Below, piece after piece: positions 1 to 9,778 of a stretch of 31,999 nt of DNA; the first letter of the stretch is position 1, and each line of letters opens with the position of its first letter. A model generated the notes under the pieces. That model did not search any database. It was not told the DNA's origin and saw only the letters and a program-made list of their open reading frames with translations. The position numbers and the translations under genes are program-made. Source of the stretch: an uncultured Treponema sp. Its GTDB lineage: Bacteria; Spirochaetota; Spirochaetia; Treponematales; Rectinemataceae. The stretch lies in NCBI GenBank assembly GCA_964535235.1, contig CAZHSK010000002.1, positions 9,755 to 41,753 of the forward strand. Direction: 5' to 3'.

Positions 1-2496
1 GATGCGGGCGAAGGGGATATGTGCAGCCTCGCACCAGAGCATCCCCTGCCTGCGGTGATCGGTGGTGATCTCCCAGTTGCAGAAGGGAACAATGACCGCC
101 TTGAACTCCAGTCCCTTAGCCTTATGGATGGTGAGGATTTTTACTCCACCCCGGTTTCTTCTGGGTACCTGTTCCAGTTCGGGGCCTGCTTTCTCGCCTC
201 GTATTGCCGGTCCTATCTTGGCCAGGAAGGCCGAAAGGGTTTGACCATCCTTGTCGATTTGGGCTGCCAAGTGGAAGAGGTAGTCGAAGTGTTCCAGAAA
301 GGCATGGGCGTCGGGCCGTGAAAGAATGTCCAGGCGCAATCCTGCTTTGTGCCATATATGCTCCACTAGTTCGGCAGTGGACATCTTGTACATAGCGCCG
401 CGCAGTTCGGCAAAGAATGCTCTGGCTCTTTCCAGGAGGGCTGCGTCTCTGACGCTGGGGTTAGGGATGCTGAATGCCTCTTTCGGGTTAGTGATGAGTT
501 CCAGAAATGTTGCCTGGGAAAACCTGGCAAGGGGGCAGCGCAGGACCGCGGCGTAGGCCGCTATGTCGCCCGGATTAATGGCGTACTGTAAAATCGAATA
601 GATATCGTTGGCCGGGGATTCGTTGTACAGGCCCCGCAGGTTCTCGGCGTCATAAGGTATTCCCGCAAGACGCAGATATTTTTCCAGCTTCTGCTGCTGG
701 GTGGTGGTACGGAGGAGAATGGCGAAATCCTCGTATCCGGAGGGTTTAGTTCCGCTGTCCTTCCCGGTTACGCCGCGTACTTTCAGTACTGCCCGGGAGC
801 TTTTGATAAAGTCGGCGATCTCGAAAGCGAGCCTGTCGTCATCGTTTTCTATGCCTAGGGCTGTTGTCTCTTCGTCCTCATCATTCTCGCCGGGGGAGTC
901 GAGCCGAAAGTAGCGCAGGGATGAATGCGGAAAGACAGGGTCGGTAGAATCTATGCTCGGAGCCTTCATGTCCAAGAATTCCGCCTCGAAGGCTTCAAGG
1001 TCTGGATCTACCGGACTCTCAGGATCCCGGGGTTTTTCCAGAATATTCGAGAAAAAGTTGTTGAAAAATGCCAGCAATTCGCTACTGCTGCGGTAATTAT
1101 AGGGCAGGCGGAGGCTGCGGCCCTCTTTGGCAGGCGTTGCATAGTCGCGATCCGCAGCGGCTGTGCTCATCTCTAGGGCCAGGCGCTTGAAGACCCTGAC
1201 ATCCGCACCCCTAAAGCGATAGATCGATTGTTTTTCATCCCCTACAAAAAAGAGTTTACCTTCCTCCAGATCGGCCGGCTCGGGCACGGATTCTGAGGTT
1301 TTATCTATTTTCTCAGCCAAGAGGTAAAGGAGATCTCTCTGGATTTTATTGTTGTCCTGAAATTCATCGATCATTATGCTCGTGATGCGATTTTTCCAGT
1401 ATGCGCGTATATCCTTGCGCCTGATGAGAGAGGCGACTGCGCAGAGCCCTAGATCCTTGAAATCGAGAATATTGGCCTTTCTCTTGGCTTTGGCCAGAAT
1501 CTGGGCATACTCGTCCAGCCTGTCCAGGAGGGCGCAATGAGAGGGAAACAACGCTTCGTAGGCCAGGAGGGAAAGGAGGGTTTTGGCTTCATCGCGGGAA
1601 GCCGAGGCACGTTTTTTTATCTCTGTTTCCGTTTCGCCCTTGGAATAGGCGCGAAGCCCCAGGCCGGCAAATCCTAGCAAGGGTACCTGTAGGCTTTTAA
1701 GCGCTGATGTTTGGACTGGGTCGCCGGAGAAGTAAAGGGAAGTGCCCTGTTTCAAGAGCATTTCCCATGCCGTGGCGAAGCGTTGTGCGACATCGATGGC
1801 GGCCTGGCAGTCCTTTCTGGGCTCTGGGATTTCCCGGCCCAATTCCAGGATTTGAGCGCCAAAATCGGCGAGACGACCTAAACCTTCGCTGGCCTTTTCG
1901 GCTGCCAGATTCCCCAGGCTTTGTGCCATGACCGAGAAAAGAGGTTTCTGCAATGCCTCCGGCGAGACGATAACCATGCCCAGATCTTTGAAGAGATAGG
2001 CCGCTGTGTCGTCCAGGGAAAAAGAGGCAAGCAGTTCCTTAAACCCCGCCTTGTCCCGGTTGGACAGTATGTAGCGGTACGCGATGGCGAGCGCCATGTC
2101 TTCACAGCGACCTTCGTCCACGGTGAATTCCGGTGTGTAGCCGAAATCCCGGGCTGTCTGGCGCAGTATCTCCGTGCAAAAGGAATCGAGAGTGGTTATG
2201 TGGGCATTCTGATAGTCCGCCAGCTGTTCGGCCGCCCTGGGCGAGGTCTCGGCCGCGAGGACGGAATAAATGCGTTCATACATCTCCGCCGATGCTTTTC
2301 TGGTAAAGGTAAGGGCCAGAATGGAGCGCAGGGGTAGTTGCCTGTCCAGCACCAGATGCGCGAAGCGCGATGCCAGGACCGTTGTCTTGCCGGCTCCGGC
2401 GCCTGCGGTGACGACGGTGCTCTGAAGGCTTTTTACAGCCTCCTGTTGCGCTTCATCCAGGCGGGCGAGATACGATGCTTTTCCCGTTTCTGTCAT
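1..2496 (-). CDS. addA: AddA/UvrD-family ATP-dependent helicase-nuclease subunit (3' end runs off the window start)
   Basis: Not in the ORF track because it has no stop in the window; translated by hand in segments from ATG 2496. Walker A VTAGAGAGKTT, ILALTFTRKA, IMIDEFQD (~1340-1380), FFVGDEKQSIYRFRGAD (~1200-1255) and LTIHKAKGLEF (~100-135) are all in one frame. ATGA overlap with the upstream nuclease gene. Confidence 0.9.
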   Translation of the reverse strand, partial: MTETGKASYLARLDEAQQEAVKSLQSTVVTAGAGAGKTTVLASRFAHLVLDRQLPLRSILALTFTRKASAEMYERIYSVLAAETSPRAAEQLADYQNAHITTLDSFCTEILRQTARDFGYTPEFTVDEGRCEDMALAIAYRYILSNRDKAGFKELLASFSLDDTAAYLFKDLGMVIVSPEALQKPLFSVMAQSLGNLAAEKASEGLGRLADFGAQILELGREIPEPRKDCQAAIDVAQRFATAWEMLLKQGTSLYFSGDPVQTSALKSLQVPLLGFAGLGLRAYSKGETETEIKKRASASRDEAKTLLSLLAYEALFPSHCALLDRLDEYAQILAKAKRKANILDFKDLGLCAVASLIRRKDIRAYWKNRITSIMIDEFQDNNKIQRDLLYLLAEKIDKTSESVPEPADLEEGKLFFVGDEKQSIYRFRGADVRVFKRLALEMSTAAADRDYATPAKEGRSLRLPYNYRSSSELLAFFNNFFSNILEKPRDPESPVDPDLEAFEAEFLDMKAPSIDSTDPVFPHSSLRYFRLDSPGENDEDEETTALGIENDDDRLAFEIADFIKSSRAVLKVRGVTGKDSGTKPSGYEDFAILLRTTTQQQKLEKYLRLAGIPYDAENLRGLYNESPANDIYSILQYAINPGDIAAYAAVLRCPLARFSQATFLELITNPKEAFSIPNPSVRDAALLERARAFFAELRGAMYKMSTAELVEHIWHKAGLRLDILSRPDAHAFLEHFDYLFHLAAQIDKDGQTLSAFLAKIGPAIRGEKAGPELEQVPRRNRGGVKILTIHKAKGLEFKAVIVPFCNWEITTDHRRQGMLWCEAAHIPFARI

Positions 2497-5279
2497 ACGC
2501 GCTCCGATGAAAAGTGAGCCCGGCAGACGGCTTTGGCGTGACAGTCGCGGCAGGCATCCTTGGAAGGCTTGATTTCGAGAAAGCGGGCGGCAGATATTTT
2601 TTCCGAGGCTTCTGCAAGCGCTTTCCGGAAGGCCTGTATTTCGGGTTCGAAGGCGGCTCTATCAGCTTTGTCGCCCCCAGGGCCGAATACGATCACGGCC
2701 TTGTCTTCGTCGATGGACCAGTAGAGTGCCTTTTCCATGTGGACGTTCTCTGATTCCAGCATGACAGTGTAGGCTGTTATCTGGAAATCCTTGAGGAGTC
2801 CCGATTCGTCGGCTAAAAATTCCTTTTTTGTGGGACAGCGTCGGCGCTTGTAGTCCACCAAGGCCGTTTCCATGTGTGGAATCTCGGCTCTTTCCTGGCC
2901 TGGATGGCTGCGGTATGAAATCCTGTCGGCCCTTCCGTCGAGCCGAATGCCCAGAGATGGCTCATCCATGGAAAGCCTGCGTTCGAATTCGTTTTCCACC
3001 CATCCTTCGGAAACGAAGTCGGGTTCGTAGGCGAGAATTCTGGCAATCCTGTCATGTATTCTGGGGTAGGAGCTCTCCAGATGTACCGTGAGGGAGGGGC
3101 CGTTTTTCCGGGCTACCCTGGCCAAGGCCATCGCAAAGGCTCGTTCAATTGCCTCTTCTCCTGAGGTGCTTTCCAAAGAAGGTTTTTCGCCTCTTGAGCG
3201 AGCTTCCAGGAGAATCCTAATCATGTCATGCAGAAGTGAGCCCTCGGCCAGGAGGTACTGATCGCCGCCAGCCTGGTCGAAATCGGGAATGCCCGAGGAG
3301 AGCCAACGGAAGGGACAGAGGCTCAGGAATTGCAGACCGCGGGGGTTGAGCTTGATAAGGGGTTCGGCGTTGAAAGCCTTGAGACGGAACAATAGGGATT
3401 GATTGGGCTTCGCTCGTGGTTCTTCCGCATCCGACTGAAGGAAGAGGGGAGGCCAGAGGAATTTCGGCCCTGCGAGCATGGTAGTGAAGAGCCCATGGCT
3501 GGCTGTATATGGGAGGAATGGCAGACTAGTCGGTAGGGTTGCGGGATTGATGCTTTTCCATGCCGCTGCCTCGCGAAGTTCCAATGTCTGGGGTATGGAG
3601 TCGGGACCCACGTTGATTTTTTGTGCCGAACTCAGGGAAAAGTAGGGATGGGCGATACTATAGCCGTTTAAGGAGCGCTGGGCATGGCAATATAGGGCTT
3701 TTGTCGTGGCAAATGAGTTGAAGAGGCTGTCCGACAGGGCAGCATCATCTCTGGGCAGGGCCAGTTCCTCGGGGGCTCGGGAGAGAATGCCCAGGGCTCC
3801 ATTGGCAGAATCCTGGGAAGCTTCGAGCACGAAGTGCACGCTGGCCGATACCATTATCCCCAGATGATAGGGGTAGACGGACAGGGCTTCCGATGATTCG
3901 ACGGGATTGTAAGTGCGGTGTTCCAAGGCGCACTGGAAGATTTCAAATGGACGCAGGGATTTCCAGGCTGTCAGCAGCTCCTCATCCCATGCTTCCAGTG
4001 CGCCGAGTTCGGCGAATATTCTTTCCAGGGTTCGTTCCGCATAGGAATAAAAGCGGGATTCATCCAAAAAATCATCTACAAAGCCGTGGATGGCAACGTC
4101 GAGGGTTCTGAAGGAGGATGCTCGCACTATGGCATTACAACTTTTCTTGAGCAAGCGGTAGAAGGCTGGAACTGCGCTTTCTTCCGGAGTACAGAGCTGG
4201 AGAGTATTATTCCAGATTTCCTGCATATATCCAGGATGGGCAGAAAGCTCGGGGATGGAAAAGCGTTTGGCTACGCGTTCCAGCGCGAGACAGGCCTGGG
4301 TATCCTTCCAGGGGAGGATGGAAGGGTCGAAAAGGGCTAGTAAGCTTCTCTGTGAAAAGCCCTCGGCCAAGGCCTGGGAGAGATTGCGAAACAGTCTGCC
4401 CGGAGGGGAATCGGAAAGGCTTCTTCCAAATCTGAATTTTATAGGCAGGCCCCAGGAGCGAGCGGCCTGGCTGAGGTAGGCAGCTAGGTCCTGGCTTGTG
4501 CCGGGAATGCTTATGGCTATGCCAGAGGGGGCTTGGCCTTTGTCGAGAAGTGCGCGGCAGGCGCCTAAGACGTAGTCCAGTTCATCCTTCAAGCTGGGGA
4601 ACTCGAGCAGCTTTGCATCGGGACTCACTGGTTCCCAAAGTTCAAAATTCAATTCTTTTAAGCCCAGGGACAAGGCATCATCGAAACCGGGCATTAGGCT
4701 CGGATAGAAAAAAAGATAGTATTCGTCCTTCATGCCTTGCAGGGGCAGATTGCCCGATTCATATACATTGTGAGTGCGAAGATAATTCTTGTAGTGTGCC
4801 GCAAGCATGCGATAGTCTGAGGCCAAGGTTTCGTCGAAGGCGAGGTTGCCTGTGGCGGCTCTGGCCTGGAGACGGGCTTCGGCGGTATCCAGGAAGGGTG
4901 CGCTGGCGGCCAGGTTCCAAACCAGGGCAGGCGCAGGCTCGCTTCCCTGGGCTCCGAGGCGCTGAAGAAAGGGGTTTTTACCGTCTTTCTCCAGAACATT
5001 AGTCGCCCAGAGTAGCCTGAAGTGTAAATCCGCTTCTCTCGCCTCCGAGCCCTGGTTTTTAATTCTCGCTTTTTCTAAAAATCTGTCCCAGCCCAGGAAC
5101 CTGTCGAGGTTTATGCTTCGAAAGCCTGAGAATTCCAGAGCCGCTTCGGCCCAGGAGTCCGCTGCGATTTGAGTGGGGAATACGAAGATGAGACCGGGGT
5201 TCCGGAGCCCGACGCTCAGCTTCTGCGCGACCGGACTGTCCCCGGATTTACCGGGTATGAGGAGTTCACTTGTCATCAT
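2493..5279 (-). CDS. addB: AddB-like PD-(D/E)XK nuclease subunit with four-Cys Fe-S staple
   Basis: 928-aa ORF. C-terminal nuclease motifs LDGRADRI...LVDYK; Cys pattern LCPFRWL plus C-terminal CRDCHAKAVC. No intact Walker A at the N-terminus. Coupled to the addA-like gene. Start could be 5279 or 5276. Confidence 0.75.
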   Translation of the reverse strand: MMTSELLIPGKSGDSPVAQKLSVGLRNPGLIFVFPTQIAADSWAEAALEFSGFRSINLDRFLGWDRFLEKARIKNQGSEAREADLHFRLLWATNVLEKDGKNPFLQRLGAQGSEPAPALVWNLAASAPFLDTAEARLQARAATGNLAFDETLASDYRMLAAHYKNYLRTHNVYESGNLPLQGMKDEYYLFFYPSLMPGFDDALSLGLKELNFELWEPVSPDAKLLEFPSLKDELDYVLGACRALLDKGQAPSGIAISIPGTSQDLAAYLSQAARSWGLPIKFRFGRSLSDSPPGRLFRNLSQALAEGFSQRSLLALFDPSILPWKDTQACLALERVAKRFSIPELSAHPGYMQEIWNNTLQLCTPEESAVPAFYRLLKKSCNAIVRASSFRTLDVAIHGFVDDFLDESRFYSYAERTLERIFAELGALEAWDEELLTAWKSLRPFEIFQCALEHRTYNPVESSEALSVYPYHLGIMVSASVHFVLEASQDSANGALGILSRAPEELALPRDDAALSDSLFNSFATTKALYCHAQRSLNGYSIAHPYFSLSSAQKINVGPDSIPQTLELREAAAWKSINPATLPTSLPFLPYTASHGLFTTMLAGPKFLWPPLFLQSDAEEPRAKPNQSLLFRLKAFNAEPLIKLNPRGLQFLSLCPFRWLSSGIPDFDQAGGDQYLLAEGSLLHDMIRILLEARSRGEKPSLESTSGEEAIERAFAMALARVARKNGPSLTVHLESSYPRIHDRIARILAYEPDFVSEGWVENEFERRLSMDEPSLGIRLDGRADRISYRSHPGQERAEIPHMETALVDYKRRRCPTKKEFLADESGLLKDFQITAYTVMLESENVHMEKALYWSIDEDKAVIVFGPGGDKADRAAFEPEIQAFRKALAEASEKISAARFLEIKPSKDACRDCHAKAVCRAHFSSERV

Positions 5280-8200
5280 CGTGGATGCTGGCGAGGAGTC
5301 CCTCCATCAAATAACCACTGGACGCTGCGGCTTTTCTGGCTATGTCCCTGATTTCGAAGGCCTTGAGGCTGGAGAGTTCCTGGATGAGCGCCAGATCGGT
5401 TTGTCTGTCTTTCCTGGTCTCGGACAATTCCAGCGCAGCCTCTATGAGGGCAAAGCAGGGCCATAGTTCCAGCAAGGCTTCGAATCGTTCCTTATTAAAA
5501 TAATCTTTGCCTTCCCAGCGGTTTACTCCAATAGCCTCACGGCCTTCGTGGTCGCCGCCGGCCCAGAGAATGAGTTCGGCGGTTCTGTCCTTGGCCGATT
5601 GGAGGGAAAGGGGAGCTTCCTCCCCTCTTCGGAGGGCTGGTGCAAAGCGTGTATCCCTGGGGCGGGTTGCGAAGGCGAACACTATCGAGTGCAATGCCTG
5701 GGCATCGAGTTTTTCCAGTATTTCTATTACCTGAACTGCATACTTCGATTCCTGATCGGCCTTGGCAAGACCAGGAGCTTCCTGCCTGCGGTCGGCGGCC
5801 AGAGGAAGGTGTTGCGTAAGCTTTTTCCTTACCAGAAATTTTTCAAGGATATAACGCAGCTCTTCGGTTTTGTTGGCTCCCGGGTTCATGGTGGAAAGCC
5901 CTGCCAGGAAGATAAAGTCCAGGCAGGATCCAAGCGCCTGGGTTGAAGAGAGTATGGCTTTGAACCGGGAGAGAATGAGGGCTGTCCTTTCATCGAATGA
6001 ATCACCGGGGTTGCCCAGCCCTGCTACTGCGCCAAGGAGGCGGACTCCCTTTTCGATAACCCTGCGTCCTTGCATGGCCGCTTCTATGCCCAGCTCGTTG
6101 CCCCCATCTTCGGCTATCGCCAAGGCCAGCTTGGAGAGGAAATGCTCGGCCTCGCTGCCCAAGCGCTCGGCCAGGGTTTCTAGCGCCGTGGCTCCAGAGC
6201 AGGGAGTGAGCGTGGAAATACTAGCCCCGGTTCGCCGCAGGGCTGCTATGGTCGCGTCCAGAGTTCTGTAGAGTTCGGGCCGGGTAGCTTCTTCTACTGC
6301 GGCATCGAGGTCGGGGGTGCCTCTTCCCATAAGGCTGGTCCAGAGTCTTTCGTACACGCCATCGAGGTCGTGAATCCTGGCGAATTCGCCAAAGACGAGG
6401 GATTGGTAGCCCTGGAGTTCCACTCTCCAGCCGGAAGTGGCCAAATCGGAACAGCGGTAGATAAACCAGAGGCCGGAGCGCTGTTCCTTGGCGGCCAGGT
6501 AGTTATGAGGTTCCTGATCCAAGTCCAGGGCGTGAATGAGGGATTTGCGGTGCAGTCTGGCCAGGCCTGAGGGATCCCTTTCGTTGAAGGCGCAGGAAGA
6601 GAGCACGCTGCCTGAGCTTCGTTGCCAACAGTTATTATAGAAAACGAGGACCTTGTCTTTGCCCAGCCCGTTGGAATAGGCGAAGACATTTTCGTCCACA
6701 TGGCCTGAATCGGCAATGAAGTCGAAGAGGAAGAACTGCGCAACCCCTGCAAATATCCTGCGGCGTCGCAGTAGAGGAAAGATTTCTCTTTCATGGCGTT
6801 CCACGATGGCGATGTCGGGCTTTTCATCCCTGTAAGCCCGGCGGTACTCCATACCGTATTTTTCCGTCAGTCCTTCCACCTGACCATGGCCGAACATGGG
6901 CAGTCCGGGCATGGTGGCCATCATGGTGCAGACACCGAAGTACTTATCTCCGCTACCGAACTGAGCTACCGCGGTTTCCTCGTCGGGATTACTCATGAAA
7001 TTGACAAAACGCTTGAGTATTTCCTTGTCGAATTCCTGGGTATTTTTGAGGGTAAGCCTGTAGAGTGAGTTCTTTTCCTCTTTGAGCATGTTCATGAAGG
7101 CCGAGTTGTAGACTCTGTGCATGCCCAGGGTGCGGGTAAAGTAACCCTCCATCATCCAGAAGGCTTCGGCCAGAAGAAGGGTGTCTGGCGCTTTTTCCGC
7201 GCACTCGTCCACCACCTCTCTCCAGAACTCGGCGGGCATGGCCTGCTGAAAATCGTCTTCGTGGAGGGCATGCTCCGCCCGGGATGGCACGGCTCCTCCC
7301 GAGCCGGGCGCCGGATACCAGAGCCGCCGTATGTGCTGCCTGGCCAGAACCATGGCCGCGTCAAAGCGGATGATGGAAAAATGCCTGGCCACGTGGAGAA
7401 TTCTCTCCCTCACCGCGGCCCTTGCCTCTGGGTTTAGGAAGTCTATCTGGGCGGTGTCGTTCCAGGCCATGCCCGTGCCATCGTTGCCGTGGTAAATGTA
7501 CCGTACTCGCCCGGTTTTTCTGTCCAGCCGCTTGAAGACCACGGCCGCGTCCGTTCTGGAATAGTAATGATCCTCAATCCAAAGGCCGATGGAGGGATCT
7601 TCGGATAGGTCTGGGCCGTTGAAGCTGTAATTGGGGAAGGGGCAGCGGTCGGTGCCGATAAAGAGATCAGGCCTGTGGCGGACCCAGTCGGAATCCAGGC
7701 CTGTATGGTTGGGTACCATGTCTGCGGCCAGGCGAATGCCTCTCCATAGGCAGCGTTCCCTGAGCCTGTCCAGGGCGTCCCAACCGCCCAGCTCGGAGGC
7801 TATTTCGTAGTCGAATAGAGAGTAAGCGGAGGCTGCCGCTTCAGGATTGCCGCAGTAGCGTTTGATTTTTTCGCTGGCGGGGCTTCGCTGCCAGATACCA
7901 ATGAGCCAGAGGCCGTTGATGCCCCTGGACGCGATGATATCAAGCTCCGCATCGGGGATTTCATCCAGGTGTCGGATGGGATATCCGTAATGGACCGATA
8001 GCTGGTGAAGCCATACCAGGGCATTTTTTGCCAGGAGTACCAGGGAGGGCATCCAGTCCCTGTCCTGGGTGAATTTTTCGTATTCTTCCCTAGAGAAGAC
8101 ATAGCTGTAGGCCTTGGCCGGTCCAGGGCCGGGAGGGAAGTAGGGTCGTTCTTCCTCGGCTATGAGGTCCAACCCAGACAGTATTTTGCTCCCTATGGTG

Positions 8201-9030
8201 CTGAATTGGGCGCCCCAATGTTCTTTTATCCAAAGCAGCTGGGCTTCCAGCGATTCGGGCGCTGCCTTGGCGGGCATTCTGAGCAATTCGAGCAGGGTTG
8301 TTTCTTCGCCGGAGGGACCGAAGGCGGGCATGTCGAGGCTTTTTTTGTCCAGGGCCGCGAAAACCTTGGTGTACAAGGTTTTCGCGGCCAGGCTGGCCGG
8401 GATGTGTTCGCCATGGCGAATGCCGTCATCGAAGAGAAAGCGGAATGGAGCGAAGGCGGGGTTTTCGTTGGCCAGCCTGAGGAGGATCATCTCTTCGAAG
8501 GCAATTTCCCTGTTGCTAACGGGCTGACCTTCACCATCTGGAGGCGTAAGAGCTGCGAGCCATATACCGGGTTTTTCTTTACCCTCATACACCGCCCTGG
8601 GAGGAAACTGAGTACAAAATTCCTCCAGAAGATTGGCAAGTGCTTCGGGTCCTACATTCTCCAGAGCGGCATTATAGAGCTTGTTGAGGGCTTCGTTGTC
8701 TATACGCTCTCTGTAGAGCCTGAGCACCATATGGAGAATTTCATCCACCAGGCCAAGGGCGTTCAGCTTGCCTGCGCTGACATGGCTGGTTTCCTGGTCT
8801 CTTACCTTGCCTAGTTTTCTCAAAGCCTCGGCCAGCTCCCTGGCTGTGGTAAAGTCGGGAATGATCAGATTGCCTGAACTCATGAAAAGGGCAGAGTCTA
8901 TTCCTGCGGCTTTTCGCAGGGATTCATGGATATGAAACTCCAGGATCCTGTCGCCTGAAGCTGCAGGGCGTCTGAAGTTTTCCATTCTTTTCAACCTGCA
9001 GACAAGACCTTTTCCGCTCATGATGCTCAT
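5266..9030 (-). CDS. Large GH13 (alpha-amylase family) glycoside hydrolase with long N- and C-terminal extensions
   Basis: 1254 aa. GH13 conserved regions DMVPNH (I), IRFDAAM (II, nucleophile Asp), LLAEAFW (III, acid/base Glu), FMSNPDE (IV). Confidence 0.85.
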   Translation of the reverse strand: MSIMSGKGLVCRLKRMENFRRPAASGDRILEFHIHESLRKAAGIDSALFMSSGNLIIPDFTTARELAEALRKLGKVRDQETSHVSAGKLNALGLVDEILHMVLRLYRERIDNEALNKLYNAALENVGPEALANLLEEFCTQFPPRAVYEGKEKPGIWLAALTPPDGEGQPVSNREIAFEEMILLRLANENPAFAPFRFLFDDGIRHGEHIPASLAAKTLYTKVFAALDKKSLDMPAFGPSGEETTLLELLRMPAKAAPESLEAQLLWIKEHWGAQFSTIGSKILSGLDLIAEEERPYFPPGPGPAKAYSYVFSREEYEKFTQDRDWMPSLVLLAKNALVWLHQLSVHYGYPIRHLDEIPDAELDIIASRGINGLWLIGIWQRSPASEKIKRYCGNPEAAASAYSLFDYEIASELGGWDALDRLRERCLWRGIRLAADMVPNHTGLDSDWVRHRPDLFIGTDRCPFPNYSFNGPDLSEDPSIGLWIEDHYYSRTDAAVVFKRLDRKTGRVRYIYHGNDGTGMAWNDTAQIDFLNPEARAAVRERILHVARHFSIIRFDAAMVLARQHIRRLWYPAPGSGGAVPSRAEHALHEDDFQQAMPAEFWREVVDECAEKAPDTLLLAEAFWMMEGYFTRTLGMHRVYNSAFMNMLKEEKNSLYRLTLKNTQEFDKEILKRFVNFMSNPDEETAVAQFGSGDKYFGVCTMMATMPGLPMFGHGQVEGLTEKYGMEYRRAYRDEKPDIAIVERHEREIFPLLRRRRIFAGVAQFFLFDFIADSGHVDENVFAYSNGLGKDKVLVFYNNCWQRSSGSVLSSCAFNERDPSGLARLHRKSLIHALDLDQEPHNYLAAKEQRSGLWFIYRCSDLATSGWRVELQGYQSLVFGEFARIHDLDGVYERLWTSLMGRGTPDLDAAVEEATRPELYRTLDATIAALRRTGASISTLTPCSGATALETLAERLGSEAEHFLSKLALAIAEDGGNELGIEAAMQGRRVIEKGVRLLGAVAGLGNPGDSFDERTALILSRFKAILSSTQALGSCLDFIFLAGLSTMNPGANKTEELRYILEKFLVRKKLTQHLPLAADRRQEAPGLAKADQESKYAVQVIEILEKLDAQALHSIVFAFATRPRDTRFAPALRRGEEAPLSLQSAKDRTAELILWAGGDHEGREAIGVNRWEGKDYFNKERFEALLELWPCFALIEAALELSETRKDRQTDLALIQELSSLKAFEIRDIARKAAASSGYLMEGLLASIHDDDK

Positions 9031-9036
9031 GGTTTC

Positions 9037-9065
9037 ACTATAGCTTCACAAGCCTCAAGGCACAA
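9037..9065 (-). promoter_or_regulatory. Putative sigma70 promoter of the GH13-addB-addA unit (leaderless geometry)
   Basis: Minus strand TTGTGC-17 nt-TATAGT-6 nt-ATG(9030); no SD sequence. Confidence 0.5.
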
Positions 9066-9099
9066 GCTGAATCCGCGCTACACAAGAGCCTATGGAGCC

Positions 9100-9108
9100 T
9101 GATATACT
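9100..9108 (+). promoter_or_regulatory. Putative extended -10 promoter of TetR gene
   Basis: TGaTATACT, followed by GGAGG and the TTG start at 9133. Confidence 0.5.
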
Positions 9109-9132
9109 TACAGAGCAACAGCGGAGGTAAAA

Positions 9133-9756
9133 TTGTCTATCTATGTAGAGCACGATAAACGCAGAGAGGAAATACTGGACAAGGCCCTGGATGTGTTTGT
9201 GGAAGAGGGCTACAAGGATACGACCTTTCAGAAGATCGCCGAGCGCTGCGGGATCACGAGAACTATCCTCTACCTGTATTTTTCAAACAAGCGGGAAATC
9301 TTTTCGGCCAGCATTAAGCGGTTGATGGGAAGGGTTGAAGGCAGGATACGAGAAATCGCTGGGGATGAAGAGATGAGGAGCGTGGACAAGCTCATTGCCA
9401 TTGGAGCGATGGTGGTAGGGGAGTGCTCAGAAGAGTCCAGGCTTCTTTCGGTGATTCTGGATTACTTACTCAAGCTCAAGCTCTCTGGCGGCGATCCGGA
9501 TGAGAGGGTGCGGCGCAGAACGATACGGATGCGCCATATCCTGGCTCTCATCATTATAGAAGGCAAGGAAAGGGGTGAGTTCTCTCCTAGGATATCCGGT
9601 AAGGCGATGAGCGAACTCTTCTATGCCCTCATAGAATCTGCAGTATTTAGGATTACCGTCCTTGGCAAGAAAGATGTCACAGCCCTCCAGGAATCCATGA
9701 AGCTTCTGGCCATGAGCATATTACGCGAATCTGGAGAATCGTTATCCCGAGATTGA
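9133..9756 (+). CDS. TetR/AcrR family transcriptional regulator
   Basis: N-terminal HTH: REEILDKALDVFVEEGYKDTTFQKIAERCGITRTILYLYFSNK. TTG start with GGAGG SD. Confidence 0.9.
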   Translation: MSIYVEHDKRREEILDKALDVFVEEGYKDTTFQKIAERCGITRTILYLYFSNKREIFSASIKRLMGRVEGRIREIAGDEEMRSVDKLIAIGAMVVGECSEESRLLSVILDYLLKLKLSGGDPDERVRRRTIRMRHILALIIIEGKERGEFSPRISGKAMSELFYALIESAVFRITVLGKKDVTALQESMKLLAMSILRESGESLSRD

Positions 9757-9778
9757 GATCTGGGAACCTGGTAAATCT

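Noticed and set aside
2493-3400. Cas4-like nuclease with four-Cys Fe-S motif suggesting a CRISPR adaptation or defence gene
   Set aside because: It is the C-terminal domain of a 928-aa protein coupled to an AddA-type helicase, which is normal AddB architecture. No cas genes or repeat-spacer array seen.
8005-8814. 269-aa plus-strand ORF
   Set aside because: Fully antisense to the GH13 gene with no motif; a shadow ORF.
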